NCBI GenBank assembly: GCA_964016885.1
Contig: OZ024747.1
Span: forward strand, 87,668,001-87,732,000
Length of the DNA stretch: 64,000 nt
Direction of reading: 5' to 3'
Source: Eledone cirrhosa
Taxonomy: Eukaryota
This document shows, one piece after another, positions 1-12,700 of this stretch. The translations under genes were made by a program, and so were the position numbers. The stretch's first letter is position 1, and every line of letters starts with the position of its first letter. The notes under the pieces were generated by a model, which searched no databases, was not told the origin of the DNA, and saw only the letters and a list, made by a program, of their open reading frames with translations.

Positions 1-705
1 TGTCTGAATGTGTTACTATGTCAGTGTGTGTGTGTGTGTGTTTCTGTGTCAGTGTATGTGTGTGTGTGTATGTCTGAGTGCGTTTCTCGTGTGTGTCAGT
101 GTGTATGGCTGAGTGTGTTTTTGTGTTCTGTCTGTGTGTATGTCTGAATGTGTTACTATGTCAGTGTGTGTGTGTGTGTGTTTCTGTATCAGTGTATGTG
201 TGTGTGTGTGTGTATGTCTGAGTGCGTTTCTCGTGTGTGTCAGTGTGTGTGTATCAGTGTGTATGGCTGAGTGTGTTTTTGTGTTCTGTTTGTGTGTATG
301 TCTGAATGTGTTACTATGTCAGTGTGTGTGTGTGTGTGTTTCTGTATCAGTGTATGTGTGTGTGTGTGTGTCTGAGTGTCAGTGTCTGTATGTGTGTCTG
401 AGTGTCAGTGTGTGTGTGCATATGTGTGTGAGTGTGTCAGTGTCTGTGTGTGTGTGTACATACATGTCTGTGTCTGTGAGTGTCTGTATGTGTGTGTCAG
501 TGTGTGTGCGTGTGTGTGTGCTTCAGTGTCTGTGAGTGTGTGTTAGTGTGTGTGTGTGTGTACATACATGTCTGTGTCTGTGAGTGTCTGTATGTGTGTG
601 TCAGTGTGTGTGCGTGTGTGTGCTTCAGTGTCAGTGTGTGTGTGTTTCAGTGTGTGTGTCAGTGTGTGTTAGTGTGTGTGTGTGTGTGTGTGTGTTTCAG
701 TGTGA
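1..705. repeat. Compound (GT)n/(GTCT)-rich microsatellite with a loosely repeated ~140-160 bp higher-order unit
   Basis: GT dinucleotide runs; the motif tgtctgaatgtgttactatgtcagtg recurs at about 1, 141 and 299. Confidence 0.9.
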
Positions 706-804
706 TGACTAACACATCTAACCTGACTAGTCAGAGGAGTGGTGAGAGAGATGTCTGGATAGAATGTCATTGCTTGGGTACTTTAGCTGAACCAACTGAT
801 GATA

Positions 805-2440
805 CTGTGGAGGAGGAGGTGGTGGCAGTGGTGGTGGTGGTGGTGGTGGTGGTGGTGGTGGTGGCAGCAGTGGTGGTGGCGGTGGTGGTGATGGTGGTGG
901 TGGTGGTGGCAGTGGCGGTGGTGGTGATGGTGGTGGTGGTGGTGGTGGTTGTAGTGGTGGTGGTGGCAGTGGTGGTGATGGTGGTGGCAGTGGTGATGGT
1001 GGTGGTAGCAGTGGTGGTGGTGGTGGTGGCAGTGGTGATGGTGGTGGTGGCAGTGGTGGTGGTGGTGATGGTGGCAGTGGTGATGGCAGTGGTGGTGGTG
1101 GTGGTGGCAGTGGTGATGGTGGTGGTGGTGGCAGTGGTGATGGTGGTGGTGGTGGCAGTGGTGGTATTGTTGATGGTGGTGGTGGTGGTAGTCATGGTGC
1201 TGCTGGTAGTGGTAGTTATGGTGGCGGTGGCAGTGATGGTGGCGGTGGCAGTGATGGTGCAGCTGGTAGTGGTAGTGGTAGTGGTGGTAGTTATGGTGAT
1301 GGTTGTGGTGGACTGGTTGTGTGGCAGTGATGCTGCTGATGGTGGTTGCCTGGTTGTAGAGGTTGTGTTGTGACTAACCAGTGTGGTGGTGGTGGTGGTG
1401 GTGTATGACTAGATGTGCCAGGTAATGTGTATGTGAATGGTAGTGAGGATGGTGTGACAGTCTGTGACTGGCTCTGGTTGTTATGGTGTGTGTAACTAGC
1501 AGTATATAACTAGTTGTCATGGTGATGGTGGGTGGCCAGTTATGGTGGAGGTGGCAATGGTGCTTGACTGATTGTTGTAGTGGCAGTAGAGTATGACTGG
1601 TAATGGTGGTGGTGGTGGTAGGGTGTGTGTGGTGGTGGTGGTAGTGTGTGTGTGGTGGTGGTGGTAGTGTGTGTATGGTGGTGGTAGTGTGTATGGTGGT
1701 GGTAGTGTGTGTATGGTGGTGGTGTGTGTGTGGTGGTAGTGTGTGTATGGTGGTAGTAGTGTGTGTATGGTGGTGGCGGTAGTGTGTGTATGGTGGTGGT
1801 AGTGTGTATGGTGGTGGTAGTGTGTATGGTGGTGGTAGTGTGTGTATGGTGGTGGTGTGTGTGTGGTGGTAGTGTGTGTATGGTGGTAGTAGTGTGTGTA
1901 TGGTGGTGGTGGTGTGTGTATGGTAGTGGTGGTGGTGGTGTGTGTGTGGTAGTGGTGTGTGTGTATGGTGGTGGTAGTGGTGTGTGTGTATGGTGGTGGT
2001 GTGTATGGTGGTGGTGTGTGCATGGTGGTGGTAGTGTGTGTGTATGGTGGTGGTGTGTATGGTGGTGGTGTGTGCATGTTGGTGGTGTGTGTATGGTGAT
2101 GGTGGTAGTGTGTGTGTAATAAGTAGTGGGGTGTGTGACTGATGGTGGTGGTGGTGGTGTGTGTATGATGGTGGTGGTGGTGATGGTGTGTATGGTGGTG
2201 ATGGTGTGTGTGGGTGATAAGTAGTGGGGTGTGTGACTGATGGTGGTGGTGGTGTGAGTAGTTATAGTTGTCTTGGCTTGTGACTGGTAGTGGTATATGA
2301 TTGGTCATAGTGATGAGTAGTGAGGTGTGTGTGTGTGTAACTGGTTGTGGTAGTGATGGTGGTGGGAATGTCTTGTGACTGATTCTGTCATGGTGGTAGT
2401 GTGTGACTGATGGTGTTGGTGGTGGTTTGTATCTGGTTGT
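805..2440. repeat. (GGT)n / GGT-GT low-complexity trinucleotide satellite
   Basis: Long degenerate gtg/gca/atg and gtgtat-ggt arrays; the poly-Val/Thr/His ORFs here are by-products. Confidence 0.9.
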
Positions 2441-3409
2441 GGAGGTAGGAGTGGCTGTAGCAGCAGTAATGGTAGTAGTAGTAATAGTAGTATAGTAGAT
2501 TATTTATATTGTTATCCTTACATGATAATGCTTTTCTTAACATAACCCATGCTAGCGTGGAAAATAGACATTAAACGATGATGATGTTGATGATGATGTT
2601 TAACCCAGGGTCTGACATAATCAAACATATTCCAGCCATGAGTGACCTGTATGTTTAGGAGTATCTAGGATGGTGTACTTTCCTTATTGAAAAAGGGGGG
2701 TGTGATTTGAGGGGAGAAATCTGGCTGCTATCTCTAGCATGATTGAGAGACCACATAAGGTCTAATTACCTCCACTTTTATTGTAGTTTGCTATGGTTCG
2801 TTTATAGTTGTTTAAGATTATTGTTGTTTTTGTTGTTATAGTGTTGGTACATTTGTTCATGCTACTTCTATTGTTATTGTTCTAATGAGCTTAATGTAAC
2901 TAAATTCATGTGGCCTAGTGGTTAAGGTGTCTGGACTCATGATCATAAGGTCACAGGTATGATTAGTGAATTGGGCAGTCAAGGTGTTCTTGAGCAAGAC
3001 ACTTCATTTCATTGACCTTTTTATGATAGGGCTAAGGCACCAATCATTAAAACTCCTTCACAGGAGTCCAACTAAACCTACGTAGCTGTGGGCTGTAACA
3101 ACAATGTGACTAAATTAGAAATTGAAATCACTATTATTATATTGAACTGGATTGGCAAAATTATTAAAGGATCAGACAAAATGGTGTATTTATATTTACT
3201 CTTTATGTTCTGATTTCAAATCCCACCGAACTCCAAGGTTGATAAAATGAAGTATCAGTCAAACACACACATATATATCATCATCATCATCATCCTTTTA
3301 AGCATGTTTTTCCACGATTGCATGAGTTGGATGAACCTTTTCCAACACAGCTTCCCCCTCAATCTACTGTTTCTTTCTCTTTCCCTATCTGTGTGTGTGT
3401 GTGTATACA

Positions 3410-3560
3410 TATATATGGTGGCTGCCAACTCGTTTTCGAGTACGGCCACTACTTTATATCCATGTAGGAGAACCCCTACCGATGCGCTGAACGAGTGTGA
3501 CTTTTTAGTCCAGCCAGCGACTTGAAAACTCTGGTACAAACACTACACTTGTGACAATTA
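3410..3560 (-). mobile_element. 3' end of a BovB-like RTE LINE (C-terminal C2H2 finger and 3' stem-loop)
   Basis: The minus strand translates to CHKCSVCTRVFKSLAGLKSHTRSAHR*, followed by a ctcgaaaacgag hairpin and a microsatellite tail. Confidence 0.6.
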
Positions 3561-4084
3561 TTGACACCTAGTGCTGGGCCCATGGTATCATGTGATGACA
3601 AGTGCAGAGAGATCTCCAGATATAAAGCAATGCCTGTGGCGTGAAGCTTTTATAGTGAGCAAAGGCACTGCACAAAGCCAGTCCCACTCTCTTAACCAAG
3701 ATGATATTTACCAAAAAGAAGAACAAGTCAACATCATTGGATACCATACATACATACATAGAGAACAGGGGGGGGGGGCATAGACAAAACTGTTGATAGT
3801 GAATGCACTTTAGAACTGTTGCCTCTCCTTCCATTTTTTTGCCTTACTCTGCCTTATTCCGTGAATTCTAAATGAACATTTTAAACCCTTTTGATTGATC
3901 CTGCTGTTCTTGTGACAGAGGGACAAAAAAGCTGTACAATTATTATACAGAATATGCAGAATGCTTCAGCAAAATAGTAAAAAGATAAGATAACTTGTCA
4001 CTTCAAAGCTACTAGATGATGATGATGATGATCAGTTGATACAATTATTATAAGCAGCAGCCAGTGTAGGATAATGGTCAGGAA

Positions 4085-4200
4085 TGGAGAGAGAGAGGAA
4101 GCGAGCGAGAGAGAGAGAGGAAGCGAGCGAGAGAGAGAGAGAGGAAGCGAGCGAGAGAGAGAGAGGAAGAGAGGGAGAGAGAGAGAGAGAGAGGAAGGAG
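4085..4200. repeat. (GA)n-based compound microsatellite
   Basis: gagagaggaagcgagc units. Confidence 0.9.
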
Positions 4201-4539
4201 TGTACAGAGATGATCTGTACATGGATAGGATGTGGAAGTGTGACCAACTGGATAAACATGATGAACAAACAACAACGAAATAAGATATATAAACAGATAG
4301 AAGTGCTGCACCCTAGGTAGAATAATAAACATGGAACTACACACCTCACACATCCTGATTAAATAAACCTGCCCTTTCAACTGCACACCATTATTTCTTC
4401 AGGAAATAGGGAGGAGTGGGCAAAGTTGATAATGAGATGGTAGTGGATATAAAAAAAACAAAAAAACCTAAATATGAAAACACAGACATTGTATGTACTA
4501 TAAAGTAAGTTTGTTGGAATTGCTAATATAAATGGTTTT

Positions 4540-5130
4540 AATGTGTCTGTTTCATGTAAAAATGGAGATCCACTGAAGCAGGTGGAGAAGTTCAAGTATC
4601 TCAGGGCCATGTTCATGAGTTATGGAAGGCAGGAAGCTGAATTAAGTGCAAGAATTGCAGGAGCTGGTGCAGTAATGCACTAGCTTCAGCACTTGGTAAT
4701 CAGAAGAAGGGAGGTAGATTTAAAAGCTAAACTCGCTATCTTCAATTCGGTATTTGTACCAACCTTTACCTATGCTCATGACTCTTGCGTAATGACCGAA
4801 AGAGTATGATCGCGAATACAAGCAGCCAAAATGGGGTTCCTCCAAAGGGGGGGGGGGGGGTCTTTGCAGTTATGTTTCTCTATAAACTGCGTAGCTCGGA
4901 GATCAGAGAGTTGCTTCAGGTAGAACCACTACCTCTTCAAATTGAGAGATCACAGCTTTGATATTATGGGCATGTGGTTAGAACATCTCAGAAAAGAATT
5001 GCTGGACAGATTTTACGCACAAATCCAACCGGCAGGAGACCCAAGGGTAGACCCTGAGCAAGACGGTTGGATAAAATCCTTGACCTTGGCTGGTCTCACT
5101 TGGAAATCCAGCTGGATCAGTTGAAAATGG
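4540..5130 (+). mobile_element. Decayed RTE-clade LINE fragment, second family (Expander/REX3-like), RT thumb and C-terminus
   Basis: Translates with stops to PLKQVEKFKYL...ELSARIAGAGAVM...KLAIFNSVFVPTFTYAHDSCVMTER..SRIQAAKMGFL. Confidence 0.8.
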
Positions 5131-5139
5131 TTGCGACAC

Positions 5140-5415
5140 AGCAAAGTGCCCAGGCAACACTTTAAAATGGTTGTGTAGGTGTCATGGCAAAAAGCACCCA
5201 GCATTCACTGTAAAGTGGTCTTGTACAGCAAAAAGCACCGAGTACTCACTGTAAATGAGGTTGGTGCTAGGCAGGGCATCCAGCTGTAGAAACTAAGCAA
5301 AAATCAGTTCTGTATGAGCATAACATGGTCATCTGACCTAGTATTGCTCACAACAGGATAACTCGTCTAACCCATGCCAATATGAAAAAATAGACGTTAA
5401 ACGGTGATGATGATG
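5140..5415 (+). mobile_element. RTE family-1 3'UTR module with (GAT)n tail
   Basis: Matches 13100-13366 (aaaagcacccagc..ctgtaaa repeats, ggttgg..gggcatccagctgtagaaa, aacccatg..gacgttaaacggtgatgatg). Confidence 0.85.
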
Positions 5416-5759
5416 GTATCAAATTCAAATGAGAAATCAAATTGCTCCAGTGTGCATTGAAAACAGTGTTGTGACTAAAATGTTGGCTTTCCCCTTTTAT
5501 AATCAATTAACTATCCAACCACCAATTATCTGTATGTGTGTGTCTGTGTGTGTAAAGAAAATGATTTTACAAAAAGAGTTTGAAAAGTGCACCTGGTATA
5601 TATATATATATATATATAAAAGATCGTTATAACATGTACAAAAATTGATGTTTACACCAGCAAAACGTTGTTTATTTAGTTTTTCTAAATACTGGAACAT
5701 TTCTCCTACCAAATTAGCTGACATAAAGGTATATGTCAACTCTTCATTATATGTGTAGT

Positions 5760-5947
5760 AGGGCGGTGGATTGGCAGTATCGGTAGAGGGTTGGATGCCA
5801 TGCTTTGATGCATAGAGTTACGGCCCTTGCCATTCTGAGTTCAAATCCCGCCGAGGTTAACTTTGCCTTTCATCCTTACGGGGTCGATAAAATAAAGTAC
5901 CAGTAATGCACTGGGTAATTGCTGGCCTTGTGCCAAAAGTAAAAACA
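5760..5947 (+). mobile_element. tRNA-derived SINE (main young family), copy 1 of tandem pair
   Basis: A-box-like tggcagtatcgg, B-box gagttcaaatccc, conserved body tttgcctttcatccttacggggtcgataaaataaagtaccag (resembles the Meta-type central domain); flanked by TSD attatatgtgtagt. Confidence 0.9.
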
Positions 5948-5961
5948 ATTATATGTGTAGT

Positions 5962-6149
5962 AGGGCGGTGGACTGGCAGTATCGGTAGAGGGTCGGATGC
6001 CATGCTTTAACGCATAGAGTTACGGCCCTTGCCAATCTGAGTTCAAATCCCGCCGAGGTTAACTTTGCCTTTCATTCTTACGGGGTCGATAAAATAAAGT
6101 ACCAGTAATACACTGGGTAATTGCTGGCCTTGTGCCAAAAGTAGAAACA
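5962..6149 (+). mobile_element. tRNA-derived SINE, copy 2 of tandem pair
   Basis: Near-identical to 5760-5947 with a 202-bp period; same flanking 14-mer. Confidence 0.9.
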
Positions 6150-7869
6150 ATTATATGTGTAGTCCAAAAACCAGATGGAATAATGCTCTTTATCAAAATG
6201 TTCCCCGAAGAAGGGAAGGGCAACAGTTTTTATATCATTGTTGGAATACGAACGCTTGATTCATCCATATTAAATGATCCTCTGTCTAACTTAACAAAAG
6301 AATCTACTTCATTGACTGATGCTGGCTCTTGTTTGTCAACATCTGGTTTGGGTTCTTTGGGTTTTGGAGGTGTTTTTCTTCCTTCGGTTGTTTTTCTTTC
6401 TTTTCCTTCTTTACTTGTCCATGAATTTCTGAAAACTTTTTAGCATCAAATTGTACCATCTTAGTACAGAATGTAAGAGACCCAATAGCTGATTTCCCTT
6501 TAGGCTGATTGATCAAGGTAGTAAACCACCTATTGACATTTATGTAACTTTTACGGAAGTCAGGGTCAAGAACCAACTTATAGATTTGCAACATATTGCA
6601 ACAGACAGTAATGTCAACTTAACTGATTCTTTGTGTTTGTAGATGATTATTGAGAACTGTCAATACTTTCTTGATTTGTTACTTGGTCTTTTCAATTTCT
6701 TGTTTGTTGAACTGGATAATGCCAAGACATGAATAGATCCATGTACAAGATGCTGGCAAGATCTCATTATCAGAGAAGTTGATCCGCTGAAGTACATGAG
6801 TAGCTTCTACAGTTGTACCTCTTAACTGAGCAGATCCCACAAGATGAGCAATTCCATTAACAGCAGGTCTTGTGAAAAGGTTCATGTCATCATGGATCCT
6901 TCTTGGTGTAATATTTTACAGCCAAATGGTCTCCTTAGCACCAAACATTTTAGTCACCATTTGCAATACATAGGGATAAGCTGTACCAAATCTAAACAAG
7001 ATATACAGTGAACTAAATAAAATAAATAGTATGAGGTGGCACGGTATACTATTAACAAGTGCTTGCTGGTTTGTGTATACAACATACTCTAGGAGTCGGC
7101 TAAATCTCATACTGTAAAGAAGGTTGGATTAGCTTAGAGTGTATGCTTTTGCACTTGTAACCATGCAGCAGTAGTAGCAGTGGCAATGATAACAACAACA
7201 ATGACAAAAACTAGAACAAAAGCACCATGATAATATGATGACTCAAACGAGGAAAGTGAATGGTGGTGGTGGGGGAGATACCTTGATAACATGTAAGAAA
7301 AATAGAATATTGATAATCAATTGTCTCTATCTGTATGTGTAGATATCTCTGAACATATATGCACACACACACTTACATACATATATCATCATAATCATAG
7401 TTTTTGATGATGATGATGAATATATATATGTAGGTTTACGAAACTAGTCGAAATAAATCAGTACACCTTCGACCGTCTCTTATTCAATGATATAATAAGG
7501 TTTGTATTGTTAGAAATACAAACCCATTACTCAGAGTGCACACATACATTAATCAGTAAGATAAATGGCTACATGTGAGCACTGATATTAGTATATATAT
7601 ATATAAATATATATATATATAGTGATGGGAAATTATTTTGTTGTAGTGTGTGAAGAGTTTGTTTGGGTTTGGTATTGTTGTTCACTTTGGTGTGGTAGAT
7701 GTTGTAGTAGTAATGTTGTTGGCTTGATGAGTGATCATGTATAAGTTTGACCTGTCCCATATGAAGCACTGTGTGAAAAGTCGTTGAATGATTATTAATG
7801 AAACATGTAAGTTATGTAATAAATATTGGTCCTTCAATTATGGAATTTAGTATATTCATGTAATTTATT

Positions 7870-7942
<73 letters not shown>

Positions 7943-8688
7943 CGTTATTTTGTTGTATGTATAGTTTGTGCCTTCGGTTGGTTCTCTGGGTGTCACATTT
8001 TATAATAACAGTGTTCAACTATGGACTTAATATTTGCTTTTAACTTTCGATCCATTGAGTGCTCTGTGATTACCTCAGAACAAATCGAATTGTGCATGCT
8101 GTACTGCAGCTCAAGTTCGATTTACAAATATTATACAAATATTATATATATATATATAAATGGCTTCTACAGAATTAGAACTGTTTCATTTGAAGGAAAT
8201 CATCAGGAAAGCCCCGATGAAATCATCAGGGCTTTCTGTTTTAAATATTGTATTACTCTACTATGTATTGAGTACCTTACTTACTGTGGTTACCTCCAAC
8301 TGAACCTAGGATCTCTCTCTCTCTCTAGAGAGAGAGAGAGCGAGAGAGAGGTGTGTGTGTGTGTGTGTATGTATACAAACATACACAAACACACATATAT
8401 ATATACACAGGTTTTCTGTGTCATATCTTCTATAATCATTTAAATTCTTGGAATTGGCAACTGAAGATTTAATTGGAGGAATCTGGTGACACTCTCCATA
8501 CTCTTATTGGTTTGTTTTGGTTCATTTATTTCATTTCACTCAATAATTAGTCTATTTATTTATCATAAAAATGTCTGTAACTTTCATGTATGTGTGTGTG
8601 TAGCAAGGGAGAGAGAGAGTTAAAATAACATACACTTACATATAGATAATGAATCATCATTAAATGATGATTATATATATATATATAT

Positions 8689-8808
<120 letters not shown>

Positions 8809-9339
8809 TATGTGTGCAAGAGAGTGCTCCAGCATGGACTTGATAAGAATAACAAAAAATCATGTTCTTAGACACATCCACACACACATATATATAGACA
8901 ACTACATATACATATATCCCGGAAATATTTCATTATAAGTGATGTCTTGCTCTTCAGGAATGATAACAAAATAAAAAAAAAATACAATAATAATAGTAAT
9001 ACCAATAATAATGCTACTACTACTACTACTACTAATAATAATAATGGCCAAAAGGGCCAACATATAGAGGACAATACAAAAAGACAGACATAATAATAAT
9101 TATCATTATTATTATAAAGCAAACACAACTAAAAACAGCAATGACCACAACTATATTATAATAATTTCACTACTGGCCAATGAAAGTAATATAAATACTT
9201 CCCAAAGAAAGGTTTTTTACAATACTGGTGATTATGATTTCTTTATAATAATTACAATAGAGATGGTGTGTCCCACTACCCCCACCCCATCCACACCACC
9301 CCTTTCAATGTAAAGTTATGTTGGTACTACAACATCCAG

Positions 9340-9607
9340 TCCGAAACAAATGAGGTCGTGTAGGTGTCACAACAAAAAAAACACACAGTCCACGCTGTAA
9401 TGTGGCCGTGTAGGTAACACGGTAAAAACCTCCCAGTTCCACACTGTATATGTGGTTGGTGTTAGGAAGGGCATCCAGCCGTAGAAAACCCGCCAGACAG
9501 TCCTATGCGAGCAAGACAACCACTCTTGCCTCAAGTGGGAAAACTCCCGTCCAAACCCATGCAAGCGTGGAATATGGACGTTAAACGATGATGATGATGA
9601 TGATGAT
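9340..9607 (+). mobile_element. Older RTE 3'UTR module with (GAT)n tail
   Basis: Homologous to 13100-13366. Confidence 0.8.
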
Positions 9608-9759
9608 GGTGTCATGATAAAAACACTGGTAGCTGCACAACCTAATAATTGTTACCTCATATGAGGCCATAACTCTATACCTCAAAGCATGGCGTCCGAC
9701 CCTCTACCGATACTGCCAATCCACCACCAACAACAATAATAATGAATAATGGAACCAAT

Positions 9760-12700
9760 CAAACCTAGCATGCCATTTCCACTGCTGCTGCTACTACCTG
9801 CCTAACTAACTCTCTCCTCCTCTGGCGCATCCCAACACACCCTGCCATTACCCCACCACCACTGTTCTTCTAGCCCTCAATTTTCCCACCGTTATGGATG
9901 GATGAGCTGGGAATACACGAGCAGCTCTGAATCAATAGATGAAATATGAATCTGCGAGCTACCAAGCACCCACGTGAAGCGCCAACCCAGAGACCCTCCC
10001 CTACGAGTGTCGACAAATGCCCAAAACTCCGAGTTGGTACCATCAATGTAGGCTCAATGAAAGGAAGAGCAGGAGAAATCATAGAAATGCTAGAGCGAAA
10101 GGAAGTTGATGTATGCTGTGTGCAAGAGACTAGATGGAGAGGAGGGTCTGCTAGAGTCCTTGTAGGAAAAAGCCAGTGCTACAAATTTTTCTGGGTGGGA
10201 AATGACGATGGGATGGGTGGTGTAGGTATACTATTAGCTGACAAGTGGGTAGATAAAGTAATCTCAGTGTACAGGGTAAATGCAAGAATCATTAAACTCA
10301 GACTAGTCCTGAATAAGACAATTACCACAATAATATCAGCTTACGCACCCCAATCGGGGCTGCCAGACGAACTTAAGGATAGGTTTTACGAGTCCCTAAT
10401 ACACACTACTGCTCTAACAGACGACAAGGACTTCCTAATCATTGCAGGAGATTTTAACGGACACGTAGGTAAACACTGCGACGGCTTCAATAGAGTACAT
10501 GGAGGCCATGGAGTTGGCACAAGGAATGAGGAAGGATTCAGACTTCTAGAATTCTGCGACGCCAATGACATGTCGATATGTAACACAAACTTTAAAAAAC
10601 CCGACAACCACCTGATCACCTATAGATCAGGGGAGCACTCTAGTCAGTTAGATTTTATCCTCATCAGAGGACGTGACAGATGGACGGTCGTAAACACAAA
10701 AGCCTTCCCTAGTGAGGAATGTACATCCCAACATAGCTTAGTTGTCAGCGACCTCACGGTCAGAACTAGACGAGCCCTGAAACAGAGGCCAACCTGGAGA
10801 AGAAAGATCTGGAAGCTGAAAGTCCCCTCAACCAGTAACAGATTTAAAGATATTTTACTCAACGCCTACGACAGTAAAGAAGAACAGATAGAGACATTTA
10901 ACGTAGAAGAGAACTGGGAGTTCCTAAAAAATAACTTACTAGAGGCGACGGATGAGGTTTGTGGCTGGAGTAAGACCTCAAGCAGGAGGAGAGTGACTTG
11001 GTGGTGGAACAATAAGGTAGATGAAGCAGTCAAGGCCAAGAGACAGGCATGGAAAGAATGGAAGAACGGGGGGAGAAGGGTACATTACATAGAGACCAAG
11101 AGGGAAGCTAGGCGACAAGTATACTTAGCTAGGAGGGAAGCAGAGGATAGAAAATTCAAGCATGTTTTACAACGTGAGGACCAGAAACAGGAGGTATTCA
11201 AGATTGCGAGGCAGTGTGTCAGAGATAGTTGTGATGTCATTGGAGAGAAGTGTATCCGGAATGATAAAGGTGAGCTTGCCCTCACAAGTGCTGAGAAGAA
11301 AGATGCATGGAAGAGTCATTATGATAGATTACTAAATGAGGAGAATGCATGGGAAGAAGAGACCCTACCCCACGTAGACCCTATAGAGGGACCAGCAGTA
11401 CAAGTCAGCGGCAGCGTAGTAAGTAAGGCAATCAGAGATATGAAGATAGGGAAGGCAACCGGTCCATCGGGTATAGCTGCCGAGATGCTGAAGGCATCTG
11501 GGTCTGTAGGTCACACTATAACCACACGTATCGTTAACCAGGTAATACTAGAGGGGGCCATACCAAAAGATTGGTGCAGTAGCATCATTGTCAACTGCTA
11601 CAAAGGTAAAGGCGATGCACTAGATAGAGGAAACTATAGAGGTATAAAGTTGATGGACCAGGTCATGAAAGTAACAGAAAGAGTTATAGCACAGCTGATT
11701 AGGGACCGGGTGAATATAGATGAGATGCAATTTGGGTTTGTACCAGGGAAAGGCACCACTGATGCCCTCTTCCTTGTGAGGCAATTACAGGAAAAGTACC
11801 TAGCTAAAAGTAAGCCACTCTACTTGGCATTTGTCGACCTTGAGAAAGCCTTTGACAGAGTTCCACGTGCAGTAATCTGGTGGGCTCTTAGAAAACTAGG
11901 AGTAGATGAATGGCTTGTGAAAGCGGTACAAGCCATGTATAGGGGAGCAGTCAGCAAAGTTAGGATTGGCAATGAGTATAGCGAGGAATTTAGCGTACAG
12001 GTTGGGGTCCACCAGGGCTCTGTTCTTAGCCCTCTCCTGTTCATCATAGTCCTGCAGGCAATAACGGAGGAGTTTAAGACCGGATGCCCATGGGAACTCC
12101 TGTATGCTGATGACCTCGCACTCATAGCTGAATCTATGGTAGAACTAGAGAATAAATTCCAAACCTGGAAGCAGGGACTAGAGAGAAAGGGCCTCAAAGT
12201 CAACATGACAAAGACTAAGGTCCTTATAAGTAGACGAGAAAACAGAACCCAGATCCCCTCAGGGAAATGGCCTTGCTCAGTATGTAGGAAAGGTGTAGGT
12301 AGGAACTCCATTCTCTGCCCCAAATGCAAACAATGGGTACACAAGAGATGTAGCGGGATCTCAGGAAGCTTAATTAAGAATGTAGGATTCACATGCAGCA
12401 GCTGTGCTGAAACAGCAAGCAAACAGCCACAGGAAACAAGTACCACCAATCTCTGGGAGGGCCCTGTAGAAACAGTAGACAGCTTCTGCTACCTAGGTGA
12501 CCGAATTAGCAACGGAGGTGGGTGCTCAGAAAGTACAATAACTAGGGTAAGAACGGGATGGAAGAAGTTTAGGGAACTACTACCACTGCTAGCTGCAAAA
12601 GGCTTCTCCCTCAGAATGAAAGGCAGACTGTATGATGCGTGTATCCGAACAGCGATGTTGCATGGTAGTGAGACCTGGGCGCTGAAGGTGGAAGACTTAC

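Larger units (their letters stand above)
5640..6862 (-). pseudogene. EEF1G: Processed pseudogene of translation elongation factor 1-gamma (GST-like domain, linker and start of the C-terminal domain), truncated at both ends and interrupted by two SINEs
   Basis: Intronless pieces NGIAHLVGSAQLRG...FSDNEILPASCTW...NRWFTTLINQP...QFDAKKF..., KRSYSNNDIKTVALPFF.EHFDKEHYSIWF and, past the SINEs, YNEELTYTFMSANLVGEMFQYLEKL match eEF1G motifs; stops and frameshifts are present. Confidence 0.9.

Noticed and set aside
113-2308. Long ORFs rich in Val/Cys/Thr/His (up to 297 aa)
   Set aside because: They are translations of GT/GGT microsatellites that lack stop codons; there are no domain features
5760-5855. 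tRNA gene candidates (A/B boxes)
   Set aside because: They are heads of multi-copy SINEs with no intact cloverleaf
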